A stretch of DNA of 62,261 nt, filler included, from Choristocarpus tenellus KU-1152 (taxonomy: Eukaryota; Protista; Phaeophyceae), in assembly GCA_964200185.2 (NCBI GenBank). It is 11 parts of 11 records of this genome, joined end to end, with 100 filler letters (N's around TTAATTAATTAA, not from the genome) between each part and the next. Parts side by side here need not be neighbours in the genome. Positions count along the whole stretch, not along the records: positions 12,042 to 18,659 come from CAXNAD020007737.1; positions 18,760 to 22,985 come from CAXNAD020015594.1; positions 23,086 to 28,158 come from CAXNAD020011966.1; 8 more parts are not named here. One strand, given 5' to 3'. Each line of letters begins with the position of its first letter. The first letter of the stretch is position 1. The notes under the pieces are model-generated. The model searched no databases, was not told where the DNA came from, and saw only the letters and a program-made list of their open reading frames with translations. Below, piece after piece: positions 12,042 through 24,804 of the stretch. The translations under genes were made by a program, and so were the position numbers.

Positions 12042-13020
12042 TACTCCTGGAAGTGGGGGGGGGGGCAGGAGAGGAAACGACATCAGTTGGGGTCCCCAGG
12101 GTCACAGGGGAGGATGATGCAGACGCCACAGCAGCTGCGGCTAGGGCGGGGGCGGGGGCTGGGGCAACAGGGGCTGTAAAGGCTGCAAGGCCCTTGAAGG
12201 CGTTTGAGGGTTTGTCTCCATTGGTTGAAGCCCTAGGCATCCGTGCCTTGACAATTCTGGAAGAGAATGAAGAGTGGTCAGGGGATAGAGGATAGGGAGG
12301 TGTATCAGTATGTAGATTGTATGACTGCTAAGTGGTAGTGACTGGTGCAGTCCTATTGGACATTTTGATAAAAAAAATCAGTTCCAACTGAAAAGGTGGC
12401 CTATCCTCCTCATTCCGAAATGCAAAAAGAAACTGAGTCCTCCTTGACTTTAACGGTTGACTACTGATGAAACCAGTATCCCTTATTATAGGCGCGTACA
12501 ACACAGCGTACCGAAGATAATCCATACCTCATTTGCAAGCATTGCATCTTTATCGAGTCCTAAGAATCGTGTGTAGGGTTTTCCAAAGACTACCATGTCC
12601 ATATGAAGTCTTAAAATTTCATGGAAATCCACAGCACAAAAGAAGCCACTAAGGCGATACGCGTAAAACGTGCCAGCAATAACCAGGCACTCTTTCATCT
12701 GGGAAATTACAGGTTGGCAAAATTCGCTTGTTCACTCACGAACACCTCATTGCTTGAACATTCCATAGCGTAGTGGTCAATCAAGTAAGATTCAAATTAC
12801 TTCTTAGGATCAAAGAAAACAACTATATGGTTTTTACACACGACAGCATGATCTCTTGTCAGCCTCACCTCCGACCTTTGATGACCTCTGCACTGGCCTT
12901 TTGGAAGGTACCAGCAGTAGTCGCTTCACTCCCTTCTTCTTGATCTTCCTCCTTGCTGATCTGACGATCTGCGGTACGTTTGCCTATGCGGGGTGCTGCT
13001 TCGACTACTTCTTCAGACAT
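12042..13020 (-). CDS. NUP50: Nucleoporin Nup50/Nup2 homolog, 5' part; exons 13020-12869 and 12256-<12042 (truncated at contig end)
   Basis: Spliced translation MSEEVVEAAPRIGKRTADRQISKEEDQEEGSEATTAGTFQKASAEVIKGRRIVKARMPR...NAFKGL matches the Nup50 N-terminal importin-alpha-binding pattern (KRxA..Q....acidic..GTF..AS.EV...R.I.KA.R); phase-2 intron GTGAGG...TTCCAG. Confidence 0.85.
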
Positions 13021-13388
13021 ATTTCCTCCTCGATGTCCTCACCAATCGAGTGGGGGCATTCAGCACTTGAGCAACATGACTGTGGAGTGAACGAGGATAG
13101 GGATGATCTCATACCGATACATATTCCTCCCTACAAAAAATTGAACACGGTAACACGATAAGGTGGATGTCCTTGAAACCGTGTGTTTGGTGTGTGATAA
13201 AATTGTCTTAAATGTTCAGTTCAATACAAACACTATATATATATACAAACTTCTATTATGCATCCATAATGGATATCCCCAGTGCTGGATAGATACAGTA
13301 CTAAGTGGGGGCGTAGGGGTGGGAGAATCTCGTCAAGGGATGTATGTCCTGGTGTTGGTCGACTTCTCAGTTAGATGGCTATTATAAA
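13021..13388. promoter_or_regulatory. Probable bidirectional promoter / 5' UTR region
   Basis: About 370 bp between the divergent ATGs at 13020 (-) and 13389 (+); TA-rich run at ~13233-13245. Confidence 0.4.
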
Positions 13389-16300
13389 ATGAGGGAGAGT
13401 CAGGACAAGGAAGATGACTGGGTCTGCTTGGTGGGAAACAGGAAGATTCTCCCTCCGCCATTTTCAGGACATGACTTGGGTGGTCGAAACTGGTCACATC
13501 TTTGGAGGGCAAGTCTATCAGCCCTTCGTGCTAAGGGTCGGAAGCCATTCGTCGACACCAACCCCAAACCGCCAATCCCTCGACTTCTTTCACGACCCAA
13601 AGGCCAAGACACTAAACTGTCAGGGGGGACATGGTAAGTGAATCGCAATGCGTCTACCGAAGTGGAGGTGGAGCAAAGTGCCTAATGAATGGGACCTAAA
13701 ATAAGTTGTTCTATGCTCAAGTTCCTCACTATCACTAATACGGAGAGTATTCATTTGAGTCCTGCCCTACCATTCACGCACAACAGGGAGCCGGTGACAC
13801 TAGCATTAAAAACACTCCCGTTCATTAAACAAGACAAGCTACTGCAGATTATTGAACTCGCCAAGAAGAACAGTCTATGTCCACCTACCTCTGGTGACTG
13901 TTCTTCCATGAGTAATAAATTCAGGGTGAAAGAACCCTCAACAGAACACGAGATAAGAGATGCAGGAGATTCAGTAAGCGGAATAGTACGGGAGTATCGT
14001 TGCTTAGAGGAGCGAAGGCAGCAAAGTGGTGGCACTCAACAGGGTACGGGTCGAAGAGACCAAAGAGCTATAGACTGCGTCCAAGATCAAGGTAATTCCT
14101 GTACCAGAGAAATGCTTTGCGGCCCCTATCATATCCTAAACAAGAAAGGATGTGTTCAAGGGAGCAGGGTTGAGAAAAAGCTACCAAGCGAGGCCAAGAA
14201 AAGAACAAGAAGGGGAGACCATGGAAGCAGCTGGCATGTAGCAGGATCAACAGCTAAGGGACCAGAGCAGAAGCAACAATTTACACTTCACCCCCAGGCC
14301 GCAGGGCTGGTGTTTAAGGTCGCCAGGGTTTGTCGCAAGTATGCTGCTGCAGGTCGACTGAAGAGAGTGGTGGATGGAGAAGGCAAGTGCCTGGAGAGTA
14401 TGTCACACAATGTGCAAATGCACGGGTCAGAGGGCTTGGGCTTTGGCATTATCTAGGTCATTATCTAGGGAGAATATAACTGGTGAGGCACTCGATCTTG
14501 AACATCAAAGAGAGTGTTGACTGTGTCATATACTGCTAGATCTGGCACGGTCATTCTACTTTTTGATACCAAGTCAGAGTACAAACCAATCTCTATAGGG
14601 TCACTTTTAATTTTTGGGTGTTGATATGGGATTTCAGATATTATGACTATCTAGTCAAGCAGGTGCTACAGTGGAGAGATTATTGATTGCACATGGGCTT
14701 CTACTCTAGAATCAAATGCTTAACATGTACCAAAGTTTTATATATACAAACCTTTTGGGGGGGCGAGCCACCAATTCATTTCTAACATTCCCACTTTCTG
14801 CTGACTTGGACATTGACAGTCAGCAGCACAATATGATGTTATGTATTCTCCCTGAACAGTACAGGTAATTCCACATACACCGTCAACTGTTTTTTCTCAT
14901 TCATCTCTTAACACTGACTAAACTAAACCCCTATCTTTAACACTGAAATGTACTCTTTGAGTATTTAGTATGTGGCAAAACTTGGATGTTGATATTTTAA
15001 GTGTTCCCAAGGGCATGCTTGTGTGGTATATCTCACATCTGCATGCACATGTAGATCATTCTTGTAGGACATGGACCATTGACTTCTCATTGGCCAGTTT
15101 CGGTTTTGATAGGTAGATGTGCACTTGGCAGGGCTGGGTAGAGGTCTTGAGACTTGGCACATTGCACTTCATACCTCCAAATATTTCTGTGTGAGGCCTG
15201 TGGGTACCCTCTCCCTCTGTATTACACTTATCTGTGGCATGCAGGTCAGAAGAAGAGAGTCATGACCAAACCAGAATTTGGACGTTTTCTAGACCTTGAT
15301 CTCTCAGTGACTGTCACGGCACAAGAAGTGGACATCCTCCTTACCGCCTTTCCAAGACCAGGGAACTCTCGTCTGGTAGATGTGGCACGCTTCCTGCTTC
15401 TTGTGGAAAACCCAAGTGAGAACTCCTGAGTGAGGGCACTTGAAAGTCCAAGGTTACCATGGTTATATTATTGCTGCCGTTAGCCTATCTTTGGAAGTTG
15501 TGCTCCCACGGTCAAATACATGAGGAGATTGCCTGAATTTGACCTGGACTCTCTCAGTTCCACCAATCTCAGACCTCATCCCAGACATTATTTTCGTATC
15601 AGAACACAGGACCATAAAGGTATGTATGGCCAATCCTATCTCATTCTCATCGCCCCAATGTTCTACCTCAAACCCACGTGGGTGGGGTGTGCTACTCTGC
15701 ACATGTTCCAATCCAAGGACCTCTGTGTTTAATTCCAAGCGACCTAGAGGGACTGTTGTCCGAGAGCTTATTAACATCTTGACAGCTTTTTCGCAACTGT
15801 CAAGGGGGAGTAAACCCTAGTGTGGTTCCTTTGCTCCTTGCTTTTCAGTAGTCAAGACACCAATCAGTCGAACTGTTGAAGAATTGGGTCACAGAAGGTG
15901 ACTGGCCTTGGGCAGGTGATTCAGCAGCACGCACTCTAGCCCTGTCACTGTGTCACTCTAGGGTGATTTCAGGTTTCTTTCTCCTTGAGGCATGCACAAG
16001 GTTGGAAATAGACGCTGTAATTTCAACTCTCATTTTTTTTATTGTTTCCATACTTGCAGAGAGTTGGGTTGAGGACCTCGAGTATATGTGCATAGGACAG
16101 CAAGCTATTGCTGGGTATCTTCATGAGACTTTGGATTCGTGATGCAGGCTCATTCCTGGATACTGTATCCTTGGGGGCAAATTTCAATCTGCGCAGACTA
16201 CTTCTTAATCAGCAACCTTGCTTAGAGATACCTATTTGTCTCATGTGCCACTCGAGAATGCATGATGTCTTAGTCTACAACAGTGCTGTCATTTCCTTCT

Positions 16301-16811
16301 TGATGGTCATAGTGCATTCATCGGTCTAGTGTGGGGCAAGTACCAAGAAGTCCCCATCCGTGATACCACTACAGCATTTGTGTAGCTTGTCTTCACCAGG
16401 GTGCTACATGTAGGACAAACAAATTCATACTCAAAACAGCTGGAAAAGCTGGAGGGTGTTTCCTCACTGTAGAAAAAATAACCTCCTAGAATACTGACAA
16501 CAGAAAATCCATGTTGGCTTTGTCCTCAAACAGGGCAACTATGATAGACTATGATGTCATGGTTTATCTGAAGCTCATTACAACAACTACTCCTTTGCAA
16601 TTCTTTCCCCATATCTAAACATTATACCCTTTTCTGATGTATTGCACACACTTGCCTCACTCGGAACAACAAGGCCTCATATCAGTGGAACAAGGCAATG
16701 CTAATAATATAGAAGGGTCGACTGCAAGAGTCACTGAGGAGGACCCAACAGACACGCCATCAAACCTGCCCGCTGCAAAATTTCTACAAGAACAACAAAC
16801 TCTCATGACAG
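13389..16811 (+). CDS. Unknown protein with a degenerate EF-hand-like pair; putative exons 13389-13633, 13787-14351 (or -14090), 15245-15415, 16686-16811
   Basis: Donors GTAAGT (13634) and GTGAGA, CAG acceptors, phases consistent (2/1/1); segment MTKPEFGRFLDLDLSVTVTAQEVDILLTAFPRPGNSRLVDVARFLLLVE resembles an EF-hand pair. Confidence 0.55.
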
Positions 16812-18568
16812 GTCGTCTGCCTCCACTGGCATAGGATGTCCACTTGATATTGAATTGTTTAGGCATAGGCTACCACATTTTGTCGTCTCAGCCCACCATG
16901 CCTGACCATGACTGCTAGAACCCCCAGGGAGTGCTGAGGAGATATGATGGTGTACGCCAATAGTGGCCATGGCAAGACAGTTGCTGGTTTGTTCCTGGGT
17001 GAGGAAGCTTAATCACAAGAACAGTTCTGGATGGTAATCCTGATGAAAAGTTGATGTCATGTCCTGTTTGTTGCCCATGCCATTACAAGGTCAGCCACAC
17101 ATTATTAGGGAGAGTGTAGTAGAGTTCTATTTGAGCCTTTTTGGATATGTTATGTTCAACTTCCTCGAGGAACTCAGTCCAGAGAAGTGTGTTACCGGGA
17201 ATGTTCACAAAGAATACCTCATTTTTTTATTGAGGGCACTACCATTAGCCTTAACCCTGGACACTGTTTCCAGGTTTCCAGCAGCTATATCCATGAGCAC
17301 AGTGAAGGGTGAGTGATACTCTTTCTTGGACAATAGGCCAATTCTGTTTGAGAAGTATACTTTATTTGACAGGAAGTCTTGCTCCAAAGGCAAGAACATA
17401 GAACTATTGCTGGCAGGTAGAATAGCAATATAGGAGCTCAGGCATGAATATAAGTAGGTTCTTGGTCCATAGAACTTTGAGTGTCACATTGTTGTCTCAT
17501 TACCGGACTGTAAGAGATACTTTTGTATATCCCATGCATGACTGCAATGCCTTGGATTACACGTTTGAAAGCCACAGCAAGGATGAAAGCCTTCGCCATT
17601 GCCTAAATGCTTGTTTGAGGTCAATCCCTAGGTTCAAACCTGCTGTTGGGGAGAAGAAAGTCAACTGTGAGTTCTAGGACATCTCACGCTACAACTCCAA
17701 CTGCTCCGATGAAACAGCTCCGATGAAGGAGTCTGTTTCGAAAAAAACTTTGAAATATGCCAATTGTAACTTAGGATCTGTAAGTTGTACCATAAGGTGT
17801 GTTGTGACTATTATACAGAAACAACCTTCCCGAATTTTCTTTGGATGAACATGCAGTATTTATAACACCTCCAACTTAGCTCTTGAGTTGTTTTATGATT
17901 CTACTGCTTGTATATCGAGGGATTTGTCATCACAGTCATTGGAAAATCCTCAGTACTCCAATAATAAGGCTTACACTTCATGAAGACTCAAGAGGCCACA
18001 ACTGGGTTCCACTATCCAGGCGTCATATGGAAATGTCGTACTGTATATGTGTGAAGGTCTAATACTTTGGGGATTGCCGAAGAGGTCTTGGCACGGGCAA
18101 TGGGGTTTGACTTGTCCTACACACTTGCAAGTACTCTAGGGTATCCGTTTATGCTTTCTCATAGATATAATGTAGGTTTGTCACTGCTCCATGAGAACGT
18201 AAAAGAGAAGAAAAGATTCTTTGCGATACATATTTAATGCCAAGTACTCCGAGTATAATCCGAGATTCATAACATGCGCTATGGTGATTTATGTGATTGA
18301 TAGCTGCACTCAGTGTCTCTGCTCAGAATGAACTATGCATTTCCTAGTATTTTACTCTTATCTTGCTGTGTCCTTGACCCTTTGTGCAGATATTTATGTT
18401 TGGAATCCAAATAATATGTGGTACCTCAAAGTACTCTGAGTACTCCTTAGTACTGTACCTTTGCCAGAAGGTACCCTTTATTATTGTACTTATACCGGTG
18501 AGAGCTGCTTGCTATTGCTGCTGCAGCATTTACAACTGTCGAAACACAGGGGTACTGTGTCTAACTCA

Positions 18569-18659
18569 GGCTCAAAGTATCTGGAGGGGGGTGGCGGCTG
18601 TCCATTTGGCTCAATTTTTTCATGTCGCGATTTATGGGTGATTTGGTTGTATGTGTCGG
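18569..18659 (-). mobile_element. MITE family A, truncated by contig end
   Basis: GGCTCAAAGTATCTGGAGGGGGG...GTCCATTTGG...CATGTCGCGATT...GGGTGATTTGGTTG. Confidence 0.85.
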
Positions 18660-19389
18660 NNNNNNNNNNNNNNNNNNNNNNNNNNNNNNNNNNNNNNNNN
18701 NNNTTAATTAATTAANNNNNNNNNNNNNNNNNNNNNNNNNNNNNNNNNNNNNNNNNNNNATGGTGGGATGGCAAAGGGGGTGGAGGACGATTGTGAGCGG
18801 ATGGATTCCAGCACTGCTTCGCTTCCCACACTCCCCTCCATGGCAGCGTAGTAGTGTTCAGAGTGTGGCCATTCATATTGAGACGCTCAAATGCTGTGAA
18901 GAGGGTTGTCAACCTTGGCTGAGAAGGATTTCGAAGGATGGTTTTAACTATGTTTATATTGGATCCTGGCGTGTGTCTTACATGTATTGCAGAGTGAGCA
19001 GGATGAATTAAAAGGGGGCAATACCAGTCAAGAAAGATAATGATCAACATATGATATCCACCTCATAACTTCTTGTGTGAAAAAGAAGAAGAAGCACGGA
19101 AAATAAGAAACAAAAAAGGAGTAACCATGAATCCATATCGAAGGTAACTAATGTGGTATATAGTATGTTTGTATGTGTGATGGGTAGTGACTTTGTCTAT
19201 GCTTCCTATCTCCTATAATGTTCTGACCACGATTGGGGAGTTGTGATGATCAGTTAATGATGTAAGTGGAAATAGCGATCATTCCACTGAACAAATCAAT
19301 GTTCAGTGTGAACTGACGACACCGTATCGTATCAAGCAAAACAAATGAGTAGCCTATGTTTTAACAGATACTTTGAATCAAGCGGCAAC

Positions 19390-20595
19390 CTGCTGTCAGA
19401 GAGTACTTTCGACTGCGCAAGACCTGTCGCAGGGTCGAAAGAGGCACCCGATCGGAAATTGCACAGAAGTAAGGAATGGCGGCAACAACGTTGACTCGGT
19501 TGGTGAGGGTGGCATCACGGAGCTGCGATAATGGGGAGGGCATGGATTTAGCCTCTGGTCGCAATGGACGACAAAGAACCATTCCGCAAGAGGATATCAA
19601 TGCGATTAAAAGGAGTGCATGTGTTGGAACGGACCAGTAAGAGAAGATGGGCTGCGAAGGCCAAAGATAAGGAGGTATATTGAGGGGACAGGGGTCAAAC
19701 TATATCGAAGAGTGGTCAATCCCTTCCTCTCCGACCAACACAAGGTGGATTGGGTGGCCTTTGTCATGAGCAGCATCCCGAAAAAGGGTACAGGGGACGT
19801 GTTTGAGCCCGTGTTTGACTGTGTCCACCTCGATGAAAAATGGTTTGACCTGGTTTCCGAACGGTATAGGGGTTACACCAAGCCCGGCGAGGCACCTCCT
19901 AAGTGTGTCCTCGTGTCACAAGCAAGTCACACATTCCAAATGTGATGTTTCTGGCTCCGAACACACACCCCCGTGCTTTGGAGAATGGAACTTGGTGGGA
20001 CAGGAAGATCGGCATTTGGCCACTGAAAGAGCAAGTTGCAGCAAGACGATCATCCTGTAATCGCGCCCGAGGTACCATCGAGACAAAGACTGTCAACATG
20101 AAAGGTGAGCTTTATGAGAAAATGCTCACAGAGAAGGTCTTCCCAGCTTTAGTGACTCACCCATGTCTGTTAGAGAGGGACATTGTTTTCCTTTAGGATG
20201 ACAATGCAAGGCCACATACAGCATCTGCCAAAAAAGCAGTGGGTGACTGGGCCACTGCTAGAGGTTTCTCAGTATGTGTGCTCAACCAACCTGTCCAATC
20301 ACTGGATTTGAACACTCTGGACCTCGGATTCTTCTGCTCTCTGCAGACCAGGGCAGGGTGCCTTCGCTTGGACAACATTAAAGAACTAGTCCAAAATGTG
20401 AAGAGATACGAAGAGTATGATACTGAGACCCATAACAAGGTCTGGCAGAGTCTCTTCGCACAGTACAAGGCTGTGTTGAACCACTTTGGTGATAACAACA
20501 TAAAGGAAGTGCGCAAGACGCAGGAGGATAGGCAGATAGTAGTGTATGTAGATGACGTCTTTGATAGCCAAGGGAATGGTGTTCCTACAGGCTGA
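19390..20595 (+). pseudogene. Tc1/mariner transposase of the DD39D class, disrupted by stops and frameshifts
   Basis: VHLDEKWF, SKSHIPNVMFLA, WDRKIGIWP, (stop)DDNARPH, QPVQSLDLNTLDLGFF; 39 residues counted between the second and third catalytic Asp. Confidence 0.92.
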
Positions 20596-23085
20596 GGGGA
20601 AGACCATAGAGCTTGGCGTATACTGATTCGTTTTCCACCAAATATTAAACAGAGCTTAATGATATTGTACACAAACATATTCTATTTTCCCAGTCCTTTA
20701 TTGTCCCAGGGTGAGGCATACTACACTTCTAAACTCATAGGTGTCATGCCAAACAGAGGGAGTACTTACTAATAGAATCGAACTTTTTATGATGTCCATG
20801 ACGATAAGAGAACAGTGGTTGGTGTTAAGCTTTCATAGATAGTCTACAATACAGAGGGGCTAAGTGTTTCTATTGTCTGGCCTTTCTAGATTTATATGGT
20901 GGGGATTTTTATTCCCTCTTTTCAATGTGTTACCTTACATATCATGGCATACGAAATTTTTCAGAGAAGGTCTCGATAGATCGTGTAGAGGACCTTCAAG
21001 GCTTCTTTTGCAACAAATCGCACCTCAATCAACTGTGTGGTTGCTGAGATAAGTGGTACTGGAAACGGTAAGCAACTCCAGAAAGATGTGTAGACGACCA
21101 TGAGGTGGTGTGTGCAAAATAGATCCCAGGTGGTGAAAAAGAAAAACAAAGTCTACAAGAACAAGCATGGTATCACCAGCACAGGCAAAGCATGTTTGGC
21201 TCAAGATGCTAGACGGATGGTGTAGGGTTTTGCCACTATTGCTTCTGCTGTGCTTGATGTAAAGCAGGTGACTGCTGACGCAAAGACCGTGGTCACAAAA
21301 CAACGAGTTGAGATGGAGATTGAACTGAGGGAAGAGAGAGCAGAGGTGGAGGGCAAAATCGAGTACGCCTTCACCATGACGGGGGCCACCGTGACAAGGA
21401 AGGAAGAAAGCGTGTTAGAGGCTACTGTGACTGCAATGCTTTGTGAGGAAGATGAGAGACAATAGAGGCTAAGCTGCTGAGAAACGCGAAGCTGATGTTC
21501 GTGCTGAAGCCGCAAAAGTACCATCAACGTTATGACACTTCAGCAGTGCCAGAAGAAGATATCACAATGTTTGAAGGCAGAACTCCAACAATTAAGGAGG
21601 AAAACGACCAGGAAGAACTCGAAAGGGAGAAGATCAATGTTGGCAATCTCCGGAAGGAGCTAGAATTCTTTTGACGATCCAAACCTTGATTTACCCTCAA
21701 TTTAGATTGCGTAAACAGAGGTTACCACTACTCTTAAGGAGGAGCCGCAGTGCCACGAGGTGGTCAGAAGGCCACTTTTCCCAACATCCCGTTCCCAACT
21801 TCCCATTTCCATCTGGCCCATAAATGAGCGAGTCTCCAATCATGCAGCATGGATGGCTAAGTGCAGTATGTGTAGAACACACCCAAGGGTTAAACGAAAA
21901 AAACACAAAAGGACTGAATAAAGAGATGGTGTCCGAAAAGTCACCACAACAGCAATAAACGACTCTCATTCCCAAGCCTAACCGTGCGTTTGTATTTTTA
22001 TGTGTGTTTTTGACTTTGAAGCCTTTTTTTTCACCTCTTTCACCTTCTCCGTGACCGAATTTCCACTCCTTTACATGGCCGTTGCGTCATCCAAGGCCTA
22101 CACAATTGCCCTTTGCCCCTTTCGGGCACACTGTTGAGACAAAAAATATATATGGGGCAACACTTGTGGTGATTGGGACAAACAGACGTATCTTTCTGCC
22201 CTACCCAGCAAACAGAGAAAAAAGAGTAATCAACACATGAGATAGAGCTGATTGGTGTGATGTGAAGATCAAAAGGCAAAGAAGCAAACTTGAGTCAATA
22301 TCTGGGACAACTCATATGGCAGATACTATGCTTGTATGCTTGACAGATGTCTACTGTTCTATACTGGCAATCCATCATTATGTTCTGACAATAGTTGATG
22401 ATTGTATGATGAGGTACCAATGATGATGCAAAGTTGAGTAGGTTCAGTAACGACCAGTACCAATGTGGGAATCAATAGTAAAACTGGTAATACGATATGG
22501 ATCGAGAACAAAATAATGAGCAGCGTATGTTTTAAAAATAAATAGTTTACAGCTGTTGATTTGTACTTTTTTTTTTGTGCTTACATCTCGTTCTAATCAG
22601 TTCTATTTGAATGTTCATTATCGGTCTGGGTCTAACAATATTGTTATTTTGATACCTAATCCTCATTCCTTGAGATATATATCATCGACTTGATTCAGAC
22701 TTGACTGGATATAATTGGCATTGTCTCGACGTGTCATGCGCTTCAAACTAGAGTCACCAGGGAGATGGGCACGGAGGGGTCTGTTGGATTCTTGGGATGC
22801 CTCCCTAGCTCCCCCCCCCCGGGACACAGGAGTAGGTAGGGAAGCACAGGAAGGCAGTAGTACAAAATTTGATAGTGGTGAAGTAACTGATAGATTAAGT
22901 GGTTTCCACACTTACAATGTTTTATATTGTTCTTACGATTAGGATATTTAATTTCTATAGGGATAATAACGACATACATATAGTTNNNNNNNNNNNNNNN
23001 NNNNNNNNNNNNNNNNNNNNNNNNNNNNNTTAATTAATTAANNNNNNNNNNNNNNNNNNNNNNNNNNNNNNNNNNNNNNNNNNNN

Positions 23086-23507
23086 TGCCCACCACCTGAT
23101 GGTGCCCCCCCCCCCTTCTAGTGCAGCATTGACTCTGGGGGAATCCATCGCACCATGAGGTATTAGATCAACTCTGGGCAATGCTCGGCCCAAGTTCATT
23201 ACAGAGTCTTGCACAGCACTTGATGCCTGTCTTGAGTCTGGATCCCTTGGGGTGGCATCGGGGCTGGCTGTACCAGAGGAGGCCCCAAGAGAAGTCACAG
23301 CAGTCGCCCTGCCTGTGGCTTCACTTTGAATGTCTCCTTCCACAATGGAGTTCTTAGAGAGGTGCTGAAGAATGGGGGGTAGAGGTTGAGAGGGTGTGGT
23401 GTGGCCTGGGCGGGGCAGCTGTAAGTCGTTTGGTAGACTACTTCCTACGGCTCCACCTCCTCCAACAGGTCCAGGGAGATGATTATGTTGCGATCGGTGT
23501 GCACTTC
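23086..23507 (-). CDS. Putative exon encoding a low-complexity Pro/Ser/Gly-rich region, truncated at contig end
   Basis: Pyrimidine tract + TTCAG acceptor followed by a ~140-codon open frame of higher GC. Confidence 0.5.
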
Positions 23508-23826
23508 TGAATTTAGTACATGAAAAAAAAGGAAAGAAAGGCAAGGATTCTTGTCACTGTTTCCTCCATAACAAGGAGGTCTAAATTAAATCTTTGATTA
23601 TATCAGGCTTACATAGCACATACAATGGAGGAAGACAGGCGGGTTTGAGCTTCGATGACTCGTTGACATTATATTATATTATATTATATTATACTGTACA
23701 AGTACTATTGTCATTAAAAATAAACAAAACCGTACAGTCATAATTGTATGTATTTATGTGTGTAGGAGCCCACTTTGGGTCATTTCTTGCAAATACCACT
23801 GTGCGGCATACTTGCATCACTATAGC

Positions 23827-24804
23827 AACCCTAACCCTAAAATATAATTCAGAGCATAACAATGTCATCAAACGACTATAACAATGTCATCAAATGACTA
23901 TTAGAGTAAACAGAGCCATCAACTCAACGTAAGGACATGCAGAAGTCTGATCATATTACTAGTCTGATAATGTTACTGATAATACTACTGCCACCATCAT
24001 CATTATTATTATATACTTGTACACAAAATCTCTAGTGTGCAACTTTGATGTCTTCATCTTTCATTTGGGCTACGAGAAACAAGAAGGGAGTATCATTCAG
24101 ACTGAATGATGCTCACCCTAACCCTGTCAGTGCACTTGACCTTAGGGTCAGAAAGTCTCAAAACCATTGTGTTTCCATTTATATTATCTCCCAAGAAAGA
24201 ATTTAAATCCAGAGGAGTTTGGAGGGAGGGGGAAATGAACTTCTAAACGGATGATAAGCTTGAGGACAACTTTTATGGGACTTCTATGGAGGGGGAGAGG
24301 GTAGAAAAAAATTGGCTATGCTGTAGTACAGTGAAAGAGCACAAATACTAACCCTAACCCTAACCCTATACCGAAATGGCAATGAATTCAATACTTATTT
24401 TGTTAACCCCACTTCTACAATTGTACTCTATTACTGCAACCAAATGTGTCCCACGATACCAATACCTTCACAAAAAATAATTAAAATAACAACACAGGTT
24501 GGTGTACTTGCCTGGGCTTCAAGTTCAATCACCAGTCCAACAGGAAATAGACTTTGAATGACATACAAGGGCAATTCACCACACTACACACAACTGCCGC
24601 TCCCTGCCACAACGACCTGCTGCAATGCATGCATCAATGTCAATATTGGTGCAACACTCAATCAATGTGCAAGTGTTCCTAAATCTCACTGCACTAGAAT
24701 TAAAAATATAAGGCATCAACCGAAACCCCAACCCTAAAAATATCAACATATCATGTGCATCGAAAAAATCTGTCAAGAAAATTATAAGGGATAGGGTTAG
24801 GGTT
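23827..24804. repeat. Short interstitial telomere-like (CCCTAA/TTAGGG)n arrays
   Basis: AACCCTAACCCTAA (~23827), ACCCTAACCCT (~24115), CTAACCCTAACCCTAACCCTA (~24348), TAGGGTTAGGGTTA (~24792). Confidence 0.6.

Noticed and set aside
15463-17700. Possible decayed LINE on the minus strand
   Set aside because: No endonuclease or RT motif could be identified
19390-20595. Mariner transposase as mobiliser of MITE families A-D
   Set aside because: Mariner produces TA duplications; the MITEs show variable 4-bp TSDs
21250-21700. Charged coiled-coil-like ORF fragments
   Set aside because: Multiple stops, no splice structure and no recognisable domain
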